Assembly (NCBI GenBank): GCA_963720755.1
Contig: CAVRGP010000015.1
Coordinates: 192,001 to 256,000 of the forward strand
Length of the DNA: 64,000 nucleotides
Direction of reading: 5' to 3'
Origin: an uncultured Chloroflexia bacterium
Lineage (GTDB): Bacteria > Chloroflexota > Limnocylindria > Limnocylindrales > CSP1-4
Shown here: positions 1-9,188 of the stretch, one piece after another
Layout of the letters: each line of letters begins with the position of its first letter
Position numbering within the stretch: the stretch's first letter is position 1
Position numbers and translations under genes: made by a program
Notes under the pieces: generated by a model
What the model was told of the DNA's origin: nothing
The model's database searches: none
The model's input: only the letters and a program-made list of their open reading frames with translations

Positions 1-254
1 TCCAGGAGCGCGCCGTTCGGTTGGACGCCATCGACGCCATCGCCGATACATCGTTCGAGGCGTTGCCGGCCGTGACGTCGGTCAAGCACGACGACGACGC
101 GCTGATGCTCTACACGACCGACGTGGCGGCCACGGTCGGCGGGCTGATCGCCTTGACCGATGCGCACGGGCTGGAACCACAGGACCTGGGGATCCGGCGG
201 GCGACGCTCGAGGATGTGTTCCTCGATCTGACCGGCCGAGCCCTCCGCGACTGA
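1..254 (+). CDS. ABC transporter ATP-binding protein, C-terminal fragment (runs off window start)
   Basis: C-terminal RRATLEDVFLDLTGRALRD is typical of ABC-2 exporter ATPases; directly upstream of an ABC-2 permease. Confidence 0.85.
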   Translation, partial: QERAVRLDAIDAIADTSFEALPAVTSVKHDDDALMLYTTDVAATVGGLIALTDAHGLEPQDLGIRRATLEDVFLDLTGRALRD

Positions 255-270
255 CAAGCGAGGACGACCG

Positions 271-1359
271 ATGCACGCCCTGCTGGCCCTCACCCGAGCG
301 AACATCCGGAGCTACACGCGCGACCGGGCGGCGGTGTTCTGGACGCTTGCCTTCCCGCTCGTCTTCATCGTCCTGTTCGGGTTGATCTTCCAGGGCAGTG
401 GGACGACCCGGATCACGTTCGGCTGGGTCGACAACGACGCCTCCGCCGCGTCGCGCCAGCTCCAGGCAGGCTTCGAGGCGCTGGACGGGATCACTCTCGT
501 CCAGACGACGCGGCAGGATGCCATCGACCAGATGAAGGTCGGCAAGGTCGATTCGATCATCGTCGTCCCGGTCGGTTACGGCGCGTCTCTGGCTGCTGCA
601 GGAGGTGGCGGCGGACCGGTGCAGCTCGAGGTCTACACCGATCCGTCGCGGGCACAACTCGCGGGCGCCGTATATCAGGCCGTCGGGACGGTCCTGGGCG
701 TCGTCAATCTCGGCGGTCGTCCGCCCCTCGTGGTCCCGAGCCCACAGACGGTGCAGACGGAGAACCTGAACGCCATCAGCTATTTCGTCCCGAGCATGCT
801 CGGCCTGTCGATCATGCAGGTGGGCATCTTCGCGGCGATCCCACTCGTCGCGGACCGGGAGAAGCTCATCCTCAAGCGACTCGCCGCGACCCCGTTGCGT
901 CGGTGGCAGCTGGTCGGTTCCAACGTCCTGATGCGGGTCACCATCGCCTTCACCCAGGCGGTCATCATCGTCGTGGTCGGTTCTGTGGCGTTCGGGGTCG
1001 AGGTCAGCGGCAGTCTGCTCCTCGTGGCCGGCTTCGTGACCCTGGGTGCGATGGCTTTCCTGGCGCTGGGTTACGTCATCGCCTCGTTCGCGAAGACGGA
1101 AGACGCAGCGAACGGGATGACCTCCATGATCCAGTTCCCGATGATGTTCCTGTCCGGGGCGTTCTTCGTGATCGACCAGATGCCCCAGCCCCTGCAGGTC
1201 GTTGCCCGGGTCATCCCCTTGACCTACCTCGCCGACGCACTGCGCCAGGTCATGGTCGGGGGTGCCGCATTCGCCCCGCTGTGGGTCTGCGCGGCGGTCC
1301 TGTTCGGCTGGCTGGTCGTCTGCTTCGGGATCGCCTCGCAGAAGTTTCGCTGGCAGTAG
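271..1359 (+). CDS. ABC-2 type transporter permease
   Basis: N-terminal TM, extracytoplasmic domain, C-terminal TMs with REKLILKRLAATP and FLSGAFF motifs. Confidence 0.9.
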   Translation: MHALLALTRANIRSYTRDRAAVFWTLAFPLVFIVLFGLIFQGSGTTRITFGWVDNDASAASRQLQAGFEALDGITLVQTTRQDAIDQMKVGKVDSIIVVPVGYGASLAAAGGGGGPVQLEVYTDPSRAQLAGAVYQAVGTVLGVVNLGGRPPLVVPSPQTVQTENLNAISYFVPSMLGLSIMQVGIFAAIPLVADREKLILKRLAATPLRRWQLVGSNVLMRVTIAFTQAVIIVVVGSVAFGVEVSGSLLLVAGFVTLGAMAFLALGYVIASFAKTEDAANGMTSMIQFPMMFLSGAFFVIDQMPQPLQVVARVIPLTYLADALRQVMVGGAAFAPLWVCAAVLFGWLVVCFGIASQKFRWQ

Positions 1360-1369
1360 CGGCGGACGA

Positions 1370-1909
1370 CTACCAGCGTTCGGTGCGGACGATCTCCTCG
1401 AGGTCGCGACGGCCACCTTTCGTCGGCCGACGGACGAGATCGGTCGGGTCAGCGGGGTAGCCGAAGGAAAGCAGGTACTCGCAGTGCTGGTCGGCGGGGT
1501 AGCCCAGCAGGCGACGAGCCAGATCGTGCTCGTAGACGGTCGCTGGCACGCTGCCGACTCCAAGCTCCCAGGCGGCCAGCATCATGTTCTGGGCCACTTG
1601 CCCGAGATCGAAGATGATCGACAGCGGCGCATCGGGCGCGTGCGGATCCGGTGTGATCAACGCGACCGCGACGGCCGCACCGGCAAGATGTCCGGCCCAC
1701 GGCCCAAGCTGGGAAAGTTCTCGAAGATGATCGCGATCGCGGCAGACGATGAAGGTCCACCGTTGCAGGTTCTTGCTGCTGCCGGAGCGCCGACCGGCCA
1801 GGAGGATCCGGTCGAGATGGTCGGCCTCGAGAGGTCGATCGTCGAATCGGCGGATGACCCGCTTCGTGGCGATGGCATCCCAGACCGGATCGCGCCCGGG
1901 CCCGCTCAT
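1370..1909 (-). CDS. Nitroreductase family protein
   Basis: AIATKRVIRRF, SSKNLQRWTF, DLGQVAQNMMLAAWELGVGS, LSFGYPA. Confidence 0.9.
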   Translation of the reverse strand: MSGPGRDPVWDAIATKRVIRRFDDRPLEADHLDRILLAGRRSGSSKNLQRWTFIVCRDRDHLRELSQLGPWAGHLAGAAVAVALITPDPHAPDAPLSIIFDLGQVAQNMMLAAWELGVGSVPATVYEHDLARRLLGYPADQHCEYLLSFGYPADPTDLVRRPTKGGRRDLEEIVRTERW

Positions 1910-3045
1910 CCGCCGCCTCGCGACGGCATCGTGGCGGCCAGCTCGGGTTCCTCGGTTTCCTGGCGTCTCGGCCGGGTGGCCCCGGGCAACGCGACCTGGG
2001 CGAGCGTTCGGAGGCCGCTGGGCGAACCCTCGACGGCCGCGAACTCGGCCTCGCCATCGGGGATACGCTCAGCCTTCGTCACCGCGGCGATGGTGGCCGC
2101 CGTCGCCGGATCCAACGGTCCACCGAGCGATCGACTCAGGAATCCGGCGACCGCGGCCCGGTAGTCGGGATCCTCGTACAGCCATGAATGCTGACCCCCG
2201 GCGACGAGCAGCGTCTCCACTTCGCGCTCGACGGCGGCGTCCGCCCGGGACGTGCGGGCGGCGGCCGCGAGGCGATCGAGATGACCGGGCGGAACGACGA
2301 CATCGTCCGATCCGTGAGCGAGGAGCATCGGTCCGTCGTATCGGGCGGCCGCGATCGCGGCACTGATGTCCGCCACCGCGTGCCCCCGCGGGCGCAGGTA
2401 GACCCGGGTCGTCAGCCACGCGAGCGGAAAGGCGATCGGATCGGGGATCGGCAGGTGGGCGAGACGGAATGTCTGCCGGGTCAATCGATACGGGTCGGCC
2501 GGGCTGGATGTCGCGACGACTGCGGCGACTCGGGGGTCTGCGGCACCCGCCAGGAGCGCCCCGATGGCGCCCATGGAGTGCCCGGAGATCGCTCCGACCG
2601 TCACCTCCGGCCGGTCGACCAGGGTTCGGAAGGCGGCCAGCGCATCCGCCCCGAACTCGCCGGCGCTCAGGGGCAGTGCCTCGGGCGGATTGGCGCCGTG
2701 GCCCCGGACATCGAAGGTGAGGCAATGGAACCCGGCCGCGTGGAGAAAGACGGCCATCGGCAGGGTCCGATCGCGAGCGGATTCCCAGCCGTGGACGAGC
2801 ACGACGCCAGGCCCCGGTGTCCCACCCCGGGCCGGGATGAACCAGGCCGGCAGCGACAGCCCATCGGACTCGACGGCGGTCGTCTCGTAGGGCAGGCCGA
2901 GGTCGCCGGGGTCAACGGTCGGAGGGTAGCGCCGCGGATAGCCGGCGCGTATCCGGTAGGCCAGGGCGAAGCGATAGGCCAGCCCGAACGGCGCGATCGC
3001 CGCGACGGTCGCCAGGCCAGCACGACGCACGGTTCCCATATGCAT
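1906..3045 (-). CDS. Alpha/beta hydrolase with N-terminal membrane anchor
   Basis: VHGW, DVRGHG, GHSMG nucleophile, HGSDDVVV, GGQH; start at ATG 3045 or 3039. Confidence 0.85.
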   Translation of the reverse strand: MHMGTVRRAGLATVAAIAPFGLAYRFALAYRIRAGYPRRYPPTVDPGDLGLPYETTAVESDGLSLPAWFIPARGGTPGPGVVLVHGWESARDRTLPMAVFLHAAGFHCLTFDVRGHGANPPEALPLSAGEFGADALAAFRTLVDRPEVTVGAISGHSMGAIGALLAGAADPRVAAVVATSSPADPYRLTRQTFRLAHLPIPDPIAFPLAWLTTRVYLRPRGHAVADISAAIAAARYDGPMLLAHGSDDVVVPPGHLDRLAAAARTSRADAAVEREVETLLVAGGQHSWLYEDPDYRAAVAGFLSRSLGGPLDPATAATIAAVTKAERIPDGEAEFAAVEGSPSGLRTLAQVALPGATRPRRQETEEPELAATMPSRGGG

Positions 3046-3136
3046 AGGGGACGGCACCGTGACCGGGCTGTCAAGTCGAGCCGGATGGATCCGCACGGGC
3101 ACCGCCCGGACTGCCGCTCGCCTACACTCATGGGTG

Positions 3137-3868
3137 ATGGCCGGACGGATACCGCGCGATGTGCTCGGCGTGGACGTGGACGCCACGCCGACGCAGATCA
3201 AGGCAGCCTGGCGTCGACTCGCCCGGGCAAATCACCCCGACCTGACCGGGGACGATCCGGCCGCATCGCGCATGGCGACGCGGCGGATGGCGGAGATCAA
3301 CGACGCCTACGCGGCGTTGACCCGGAATCTCGGCGTCCCGACCGAGGACAACGCCGCCGATGGCGATGCGACCCCGTTCGAACCTGGCGTGGTCCGTCGG
3401 CAGGGCGGTCCGCCGAAACCGCGACCGACGCGGCCGGTCACCGGCCGAGTCGATACCAGCGAGACGTTCCGTGCCCGAAACCAGACCTCCTCGGATTCTG
3501 GGTCAGCTGCCCGTGCCGCGTTGCGCGGTCAGCCTCCACGTCGAGCGGACGTGGTCTACGGCGAACCGCCACGGGCGTCGACCCCGACCGGACCGCTCGT
3601 TCGCGGCCGAGTCCGCCATTTCCGCCGGCCCCCGGTCCCGACCCTCGCCGAGGCCGAGGCGACGGTGATGACCTTCGGCCGGTTCCACGACCACACGCTG
3701 GGACAGATCGCCGCCTTCGAGCCGTCGTACATCGACTGGCTGGCGGGGACGGTGAATCACGATCCGGACCTGGTGAGCGCCGCTCGGGTGATCCAGGCGG
3801 ATCTCGACCGGCGGGATGTGCCGCGTCGGACCCATCCGGTCTCTGAACGACGGGGGCGCACGGCCTGA
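3137..3868 (+). CDS. J-domain (DnaJ-like) protein with C-terminal DUF3820/ExoX-C-like motif
   Basis: VLGV..AT..QIKAAWRRLARANHPD...MAEINDAY J-domain; C-terminal MTFGRFHDHTLGQIAAFEPSYIDWL. Confidence 0.8.
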   Translation: MAGRIPRDVLGVDVDATPTQIKAAWRRLARANHPDLTGDDPAASRMATRRMAEINDAYAALTRNLGVPTEDNAADGDATPFEPGVVRRQGGPPKPRPTRPVTGRVDTSETFRARNQTSSDSGSAARAALRGQPPRRADVVYGEPPRASTPTGPLVRGRVRHFRRPPVPTLAEAEATVMTFGRFHDHTLGQIAAFEPSYIDWLAGTVNHDPDLVSAARVIQADLDRRDVPRRTHPVSERRGRTA

Positions 3869-3912
3869 CGACTGCGAAACCTGTGGCCAGCCGGGACATC
3901 CCGGAAACGCGA

Positions 3913-3940
3913 GATCGCCCTCCGATACCGGAGGGCGATC
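3913..3940. terminator. 12-bp perfect hairpin, probable terminator between the J-domain gene and the 6S-like RNA
   Basis: gatcgccctccg-atac-cggagggcgatc. Confidence 0.6.
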
Positions 3941-3948
3941 GTGACGCT

Positions 3949-4155
3949 GATGAAGACGAGATAAGCGCTGCCGCCCCGACGGTCACCAGGCCTGTTGGCC
4001 GAAGACCAGTTACTCGGCTCGTGAGCCGGATCCGGGATCTGCCGCCCGAACCTCCTCGGTGCGACTGTCCGTTTCCGGTTCCGTGACCGACGCCCCAGGT
4101 ATCTCCCGGTTCGATCGCGGGGTGGCGTAGCAGGAACAGTAAGCTCGCCCCCGTC
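3949..4155 (-). ncRNA. Candidate 6S (SsrS)-like structured RNA
   Basis: Minus-strand ends pair (GACGGGGGCGAG / CUCGUCUUCAUC); CUGUUCCUG pairs with CGGGGCGGCAG as in the 6S closing stem; CCGGGA/UCCCGG apical stem; hairpins in the 3' bubble; no credible ORF; terminator hairpin follows. Confidence 0.5.
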
Positions 4156-4301
4156 CGGACACAATGGTTCCCTTGTCCCTGTCGGGTGCCGTCGAAGGTC
4201 GGGCGCATCCAGGCACCATCCCGGGACGGTCGTACCAGGTGTCCGGATGCACCACCGGGCCCGTCAGGGCGGTATCGGCGGACTCCGGATACCCTTCCGC
4301 C

Positions 4302-4883
4302 ATGCTCGTCCCCGTCCGTCGCTGCCTCCTGATCCTGCTCGCGGCGACCCTTGTTGGCGCATGCAACGGCAGCGCCTCTTCGTCGTTCGACCCCACCGGC
4401 GAATGCACCACCGACGGGCGGGCAGCGGGCGCCTACCCTGATCTGGAGGCGCTCGTCCCGGTCTCCTACATGGGCACGCCCCCCAAGACGCTCGACTCCG
4501 GCCGGAACTGCTCGGCCGCGAATCTTGGCGCTCTCACCTCGGTCGGGATCACGGAGGTTCGGTTCGCCGGTGGGACCTGGACATTCGGGGCAGAGCGAGC
4601 CGCGGTCCTCGCGGTCTTCCGGGCGGACGGTCTGACCGCCGATCGTCTGGCCGAGTTCTACCTGCAGAGTGCCCAGGCGGCGTCTCGCACCGATGTGCTC
4701 GGCCAATCCACACAGACGATCGCGGGTCGATCGGGCTGGCGGATCGACACCACGACGAGCACGCGTGCCCAGACCGTGGTCGTCTGGCCGGGGACCGAGA
4801 CCGATGTGGTCGATGTGGTCATCACCAATGACCTCCCCGATGCGCGGATCCAGGACGCCATCAATTCCTTCGGGGGTCGCTGA
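4302..4883 (+). CDS. Hypothetical lipoprotein
   Basis: Signal peptide with lipobox LVGAC; -10-like taccct 6 nt upstream. Confidence 0.75.
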   Translation: MLVPVRRCLLILLAATLVGACNGSASSSFDPTGECTTDGRAAGAYPDLEALVPVSYMGTPPKTLDSGRNCSAANLGALTSVGITEVRFAGGTWTFGAERAAVLAVFRADGLTADRLAEFYLQSAQAASRTDVLGQSTQTIAGRSGWRIDTTTSTRAQTVVVWPGTETDVVDVVITNDLPDARIQDAINSFGGR

Positions 4884-5122
4884 TGTACCGATTCCTGATG
4901 CGTCGCGGTCTTGCCCGCGTGATCGGCGGACGAGCCGTCCCCGCCTTGTTGTTGTGGGACCTCGCCGTCCTCGCCAATCGCACTCGGCGCATCCCGCTCG
5001 TCGACCGAAGCCTTCGTCGGGCGGCGGCTTCGACGGGCCGGCGGGTCGCCCGTGTGGTTCCCGGACGATCCGGCACCGGAGCCTCGCGTCCCGGCGAGCG
5101 GCCGCCACGCGACCCCGGCTGA
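4883..5122 (+). CDS. Small basic hypothetical protein (79 aa)
   Basis: TGATG overlap with the upstream stop suggests translational coupling. Confidence 0.55.
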   Translation: MYRFLMRRGLARVIGGRAVPALLLWDLAVLANRTRRIPLVDRSLRRAAASTGRRVARVVPGRSGTGASRPGERPPRDPG

Positions 5123-5153
5123 CCGGGAACCACCGCGTGCTACAGTCGCCGGC

Positions 5154-6842
5154 ATGACCGACCGATCGGCCGATTGGGCCGAACGCCGGCGCGCCTGGGA
5201 GGCGGATCGCCTCGGACCGGCCCTGGACCGGGCCCCAGAGCGTCGCCCGCGCTTCTCCACGATCAGCGATCTCCCGATCGACCCGCTCTACGGGCCGTGG
5301 TCGATCGAGGACGGTGACGGAGCCGATCGGATCGGCCTCCCTGGGGAACCGCCGTTCACCCGTGGCATCCACCCCAACGGCTACCGGAGCCGGTTATGGA
5401 CGATGCGGATGTTCGCGGGGTTCGGTGCCGCCGAGGACACCAACGCGCGCTTCCGACAGCTGCTCGATGCGGGCCAGACCGGGCTGTCGATCGCCTATGA
5501 CATGCCGACCCTGTACGGCTACGACACCGACGATCCCGAGGCGGAAGGCGAGTTCGGGACGTGCGGTGTCGCGGTCTCCAGTCTCGCCGACATGGAGGTG
5601 CTCCTGGCCGGCCTGCCGCTCGACCGGGTGTCGACCTCGATGACCATCAATTCGCCGGCGGCGCCGATCTGGGCGATGTATATCGTCGCGGCGGAGAAGG
5701 CCGGAGTCCCCAGGGCGCGCCTCGAAGGCACGACCCAGAACGACATCCTGAAGGAGTTCGTGGCCCAGAAGGAATTCCTCTTCCCCCCGGCGCCGTCGAT
5801 GCGACTGGTGACCGACACGATCGAGTTCGGAACGCGTGAGTTGCCCCGCTGGAACACGGTCTCGATCTCCGGGTACCACATCCGCGAGGCGGGTTCGACG
5901 GCCGTCCAGGAGTTGGCGTTCACGATCGCCGATGGCATGGCCTACGTCGAGGCGGCCATCGAGCGGGGACTGCGGGTCGACGACTTCGCGCCGCGGCTGA
6001 GTTTCTTCTTCAACAGCCACAGCGACTTCTTCGAGGAGATCGCGAAGTTCCGGGCCTCACGTCGGATCTGGCACAAGCTCATGACCGAGCGATATGGCGC
6101 CGAGAACGAGCGCTCCGCCTGGATGCAATTCCACACCCAGACGGCCGGCGTCTCGCTGACCCCACAGCAACCACTCAACAACCTGACCCGAGTGGCGCTC
6201 CAGGCACTGGCGGCGGTGCTCGGTGGGACGCAGTCGCTTCATACGGACGCCTACGACGAGGCGCTGGCGGTCCCGACCGCGGAGGCCGCGATGCTGGCGC
6301 TTCGCCAGCAGCAGATCATCGCCGCGGAGAGTGGCGTGGACGCGACCGTCGATCCACTCGGTGGCTCGTGGTTCGTCGAAGCCCTGACCGACGAGACCGA
6401 GCGTCAGGTCTGGCGCTACCTCGACGAGATCGACCGCCGCGGCGGCATGGTGGCGGCCATCACCGAGGGGTATCCGCAGCACGAGATCGCCGATGCGGCG
6501 TACCGCTATCAACGGGAGTTCGATGCCGGGGAACGACGGGTCGTCGGGATCAACGCCTACGTCGACACGACCGAGGTCACACCGGTCCCCGTCCTGTCCG
6601 TACCCGCCGGATCCGAGGAGCGCCAGCGGGCCCGACTCGATCGAACCCGCCGGGAGCGCGATGCGTCCGCGGTCGAGACGGCGCTGCGAGGGCTCCGGGA
6701 AGCGGCTGGACGACCAGGGTCCAGCGATGCCAACCTGATGCCGCATTTCATCCGCTGCGCCGACGCGTATGCCACGCTCGGCGAGCAGTGTCGGGTCCTG
6801 CGCGAGGTCTTCGGGGAGTACCGCGAACCGGTCGCGGTCTGA
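5154..6842 (+). CDS. B12-dependent acyl-CoA mutase large (substrate-binding) subunit, isobutyryl-CoA mutase-like
   Basis: [55 protein letters not shown]; no B12-binding domain. Confidence 0.92.
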   Translation: MTDRSADWAERRRAWEADRLGPALDRAPERRPRFSTISDLPIDPLYGPWSIEDGDGADRIGLPGEPPFTRGIHPNGYRSRLWTMRMFAGFGAAEDTNARFRQLLDAGQTGLSIAYDMPTLYGYDTDDPEAEGEFGTCGVAVSSLADMEVLLAGLPLDRVSTSMTINSPAAPIWAMYIVAAEKAGVPRARLEGTTQNDILKEFVAQKEFLFPPAPSMRLVTDTIEFGTRELPRWNTVSISGYHIREAGSTAVQELAFTIADGMAYVEAAIERGLRVDDFAPRLSFFFNSHSDFFEEIAKFRASRRIWHKLMTERYGAENERSAWMQFHTQTAGVSLTPQQPLNNLTRVALQALAAVLGGTQSLHTDAYDEALAVPTAEAAMLALRQQQIIAAESGVDATVDPLGGSWFVEALTDETERQVWRYLDEIDRRGGMVAAITEGYPQHEIADAAYRYQREFDAGERRVVGINAYVDTTEVTPVPVLSVPAGSEERQRARLDRTRRERDASAVETALRGLREAAGRPGSSDANLMPHFIRCADAYATLGEQCRVLREVFGEYREPVAV

Positions 6843-6843
6843 G

Positions 6844-7569
6844 TCACACGGCGGGGCCGGCGATCTCCCGGAACACGCTGTCCGCGAACTGAAGGGCGCT
6901 GGTCAGGGTCCGACCCGCCCAGTCGACATCGAGCTCCGCGACGACGTCCTCGTGATCCGCCAGCCGTCCGCCGACCATCACCGGGACTCGATGCGTCCCA
7001 CTCGTTCCTTCACCGCGTGCGGCGCGGATCGAAGCGGCCACAGAATCCCGACGCGCCGGGTCGGAGGCGGTGATGGCGACCAGGCGAGCCTCATTCCGCT
7101 GGACGAAGCGACCCAGGTCGTCGGCCGGCACGTCGGCGCCGAGTCGGGCGACGGTCCAGCCCGACTCCACCAGGAGGTGGTCGAGGAGGATCAGGCCGAT
7201 GGCATGCTGTTCCCCGGCGACCCCGGCGAGCACCGCGAGCGGCCCGATCCGGCTCTCCGGACCGACCTCGGGACGGACGTCGTCGAGCGCCCGGAGCAGG
7301 GTCTGGCTGGCGAGGTGCTCATCGGCGACCGTCCATCGCCCGGAGCGCCACCGATCCCCGACGAGGTGCATCGCCTCCGAGACGAGCCCGTCATAGACCA
7401 TGGCCCTGGTGGTGTCGGCGAGGGCCTGCCGGATCGTCCACGCGGCGAGATCGTCGTCGCCGTCCACGAGCAGGCTGGCCAGGAGTTCCGGGCTGTAGGC
7501 GTCCGACATGGCCTCGGCGGCCGTGTCGTCCACGGGTGGCAGGGACGGGGCGTCGCGATCGTCGCTCAC
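6844..7569 (-). CDS. Stand-alone cobalamin-binding protein (CarH-type four-helix plus Rossmann domains, no HTH)
   Basis: VGDRWRSGRWTVADEH (W-x9-EH), GEQHAIG (ExH), LGADVP, MVGG. Confidence 0.8.
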   Translation of the reverse strand: MSDDRDAPSLPPVDDTAAEAMSDAYSPELLASLLVDGDDDLAAWTIRQALADTTRAMVYDGLVSEAMHLVGDRWRSGRWTVADEHLASQTLLRALDDVRPEVGPESRIGPLAVLAGVAGEQHAIGLILLDHLLVESGWTVARLGADVPADDLGRFVQRNEARLVAITASDPARRDSVAASIRAARGEGTSGTHRVPVMVGGRLADHEDVVAELDVDWAGRTLTSALQFADSVFREIAGPAV

Positions 7570-7619
7570 GAAGCCGACTCTACCATCGCGGTCGGTCGCG
7601 CAACCACTACCATGACGCC

Positions 7620-8102
7620 ATGTATGTCGACTCGATGGAGTTTCTGGAGGAAGAACGCGAGGCGTGGCGACCGTTCGAGGCGCTGGCCGAGCTGAGTGAC
7701 GAGCAATTGGAGGTCGCCGTCGACGACGCCCACGGCTGGTCCGGCCGGATGCTCATGGGGCACATCCTCGCGTGGCAGGGGGTCGCCCTCCAGGTCGCGA
7801 CCGAGCTGGCGGTGAACGAGACGAGTCCGACGATCGCCCGGATCGATGCCGATTGGTCCGCTCGCGGTGGGGACGTCGTCAATGCCGAGATCGATGCGAC
7901 CTGGGCGGCCATGTCGATGGACGATCTCCGGGAGCGGTTCCGGACCCAACCCGGCGAGCTGCGCGGGTACCTGACCGTCGTCCCCGAAACGCGCTGGCTC
8001 AAGCATGCCGAGCATCTGCGCACGATCACCGACGAGACGACCAACCACTACGAGGAGCACCGCGTCGAGCTCGGCGCGATCCTGGCCTCCGCCGGCCGAT
8101 GA
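7620..8102 (+). CDS. DinB/ClbS-like four-helix bundle protein
   Basis: GWSGRMLMGHILAW and C-terminal HYEEH. Confidence 0.7.
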   Translation: MYVDSMEFLEEEREAWRPFEALAELSDEQLEVAVDDAHGWSGRMLMGHILAWQGVALQVATELAVNETSPTIARIDADWSARGGDVVNAEIDATWAAMSMDDLRERFRTQPGELRGYLTVVPETRWLKHAEHLRTITDETTNHYEEHRVELGAILASAGR

Positions 8103-8413
8103 CGCTGGGAGACCTGCTGGCCGAAGCGGCCGTCGATCTCCCCGGGATCGACGCGGTCATGGGACCGGATGGGACGCTGACCTTTTCGCGCGGCGGTCGC
8201 CCGTTCGCCGCGCTGTCGCCGGACGGGGGAGCGGCCGAGTTCGACCTGGATGCAGCGGTTGCCGAAGCCGCGGCCAGGACGCCGGACGTGACGTCATCTC
8301 CGCGGGGGTCGGGCTGGGTCAGATTCTCGCCGTCGGACCTGGACGATCGGGCCGCCGATCGTGCCGTGGCCTGGCTCGCCTCCGCGTATCGACGGGTCGA
8401 GCCCCGGAACTGA
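8099..8413 (+). CDS. Small hypothetical protein (MmcQ/YjbR-like fold possible)
   Basis: ATGA overlap with the upstream gene; GWVRF...DRAVAWLASAYR. Confidence 0.65.
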   Translation: MTLGDLLAEAAVDLPGIDAVMGPDGTLTFSRGGRPFAALSPDGGAAEFDLDAAVAEAAARTPDVTSSPRGSGWVRFSPSDLDDRAADRAVAWLASAYRRVEPRN

Positions 8414-8431
8414 CCGGGGCTCGGAGGGTCG

Positions 8432-8779
8432 TCAGTCGGCCGAAACGGGCGCGTACTCGGCAAGGCCGAACTCGCGCTCCAGGACCTCGAGCGGACGGAA
8501 GCCCGGCCGCCCGATCGGCTGCTTGCCACCGCCGGGGAAGAAGGCGATGAACGGGATGCTCATGACGTTGAAGGTCTGCGAGGCGCGCGGGTTCGCGTCG
8601 ACGTCGATCTTCACGACCTCGATGATCCCGTCGTACTTCTCCGCGGCCTTCTCGATCTCCGGAGCGACCATCTTGCAGGGCTGGCACCAGCCGGCCCAGA
8701 AGTCGACCAGCACCGGCTTCTCGTTGTTCAGGACGAGCTCCATGAAGTTCTCGTCGGTCGCGTGCTTGATCTCTGCCAT
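8432..8779 (-). CDS. trxA: Thioredoxin
   Basis: KPVLVDFWAGWCQPCKMVAP, KIDVDANP, VMSIP; SD-like aggaaaggg upstream. Confidence 0.9.
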   Translation of the reverse strand: MAEIKHATDENFMELVLNNEKPVLVDFWAGWCQPCKMVAPEIEKAAEKYDGIIEVVKIDVDANPRASQTFNVMSIPFIAFFPGGGKQPIGRPGFRPLEVLEREFGLAEYAPVSAD

Positions 8780-8804
8780 CTGGGTCCGGTCCCTTTCCTG
8801 TGCG

Positions 8805-9104
8805 CTACCGCGCGATGTCCTGGATGAGTCGATAGGCCTCGAGGACCCGAGGGTCCGCGAGACGATAGAGGATGGTATTGCCGTCACGCCGGCTCGTGAC
8901 CAGCCCGGCATTGCGCAGGACGGCCAGGTGCTGGCTCATGTTGGGAACCTGGCAGCCGACCCGTTCGCTGAGGTCCGTCACGGAGAGTTCGCCGACGGCG
9001 AGTGACTCCAGGACGCACAGCCGCTTCGGGTCCGCAAGGGCTCGACCGACGGACGCATAGCGTTCCCGTTCGAACTCCGCGGAGACTGGCAGGCGATCCA
9101 ACAT
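8805..9104 (-). CDS. ArsR/SmtB family transcriptional regulator
   Basis: ALADPKRL..L, MSQHLAVLRNAGLV.SRRDGN.ILY. Confidence 0.9.
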   Translation of the reverse strand: MLDRLPVSAEFERERYASVGRALADPKRLCVLESLAVGELSVTDLSERVGCQVPNMSQHLAVLRNAGLVTSRRDGNTILYRLADPRVLEAYRLIQDIAR

Positions 9105-9188
9105 CCACAGACTGTATCAGCATTTGCGCAAACACGCAAGCAGAAGATGGCCACGGGGTGTTGCCTCGACGCTGGCATACTCGTCCCG

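Noticed and set aside
3949-4155. SRP RNA, tmRNA or RNase P identity for the structured RNA
   Set aside because: It lacks the SRP CAGG...AGCAG internal loop, tRNA-like tmRNA ends, and the RNase P GAGGAAAGUCC signature
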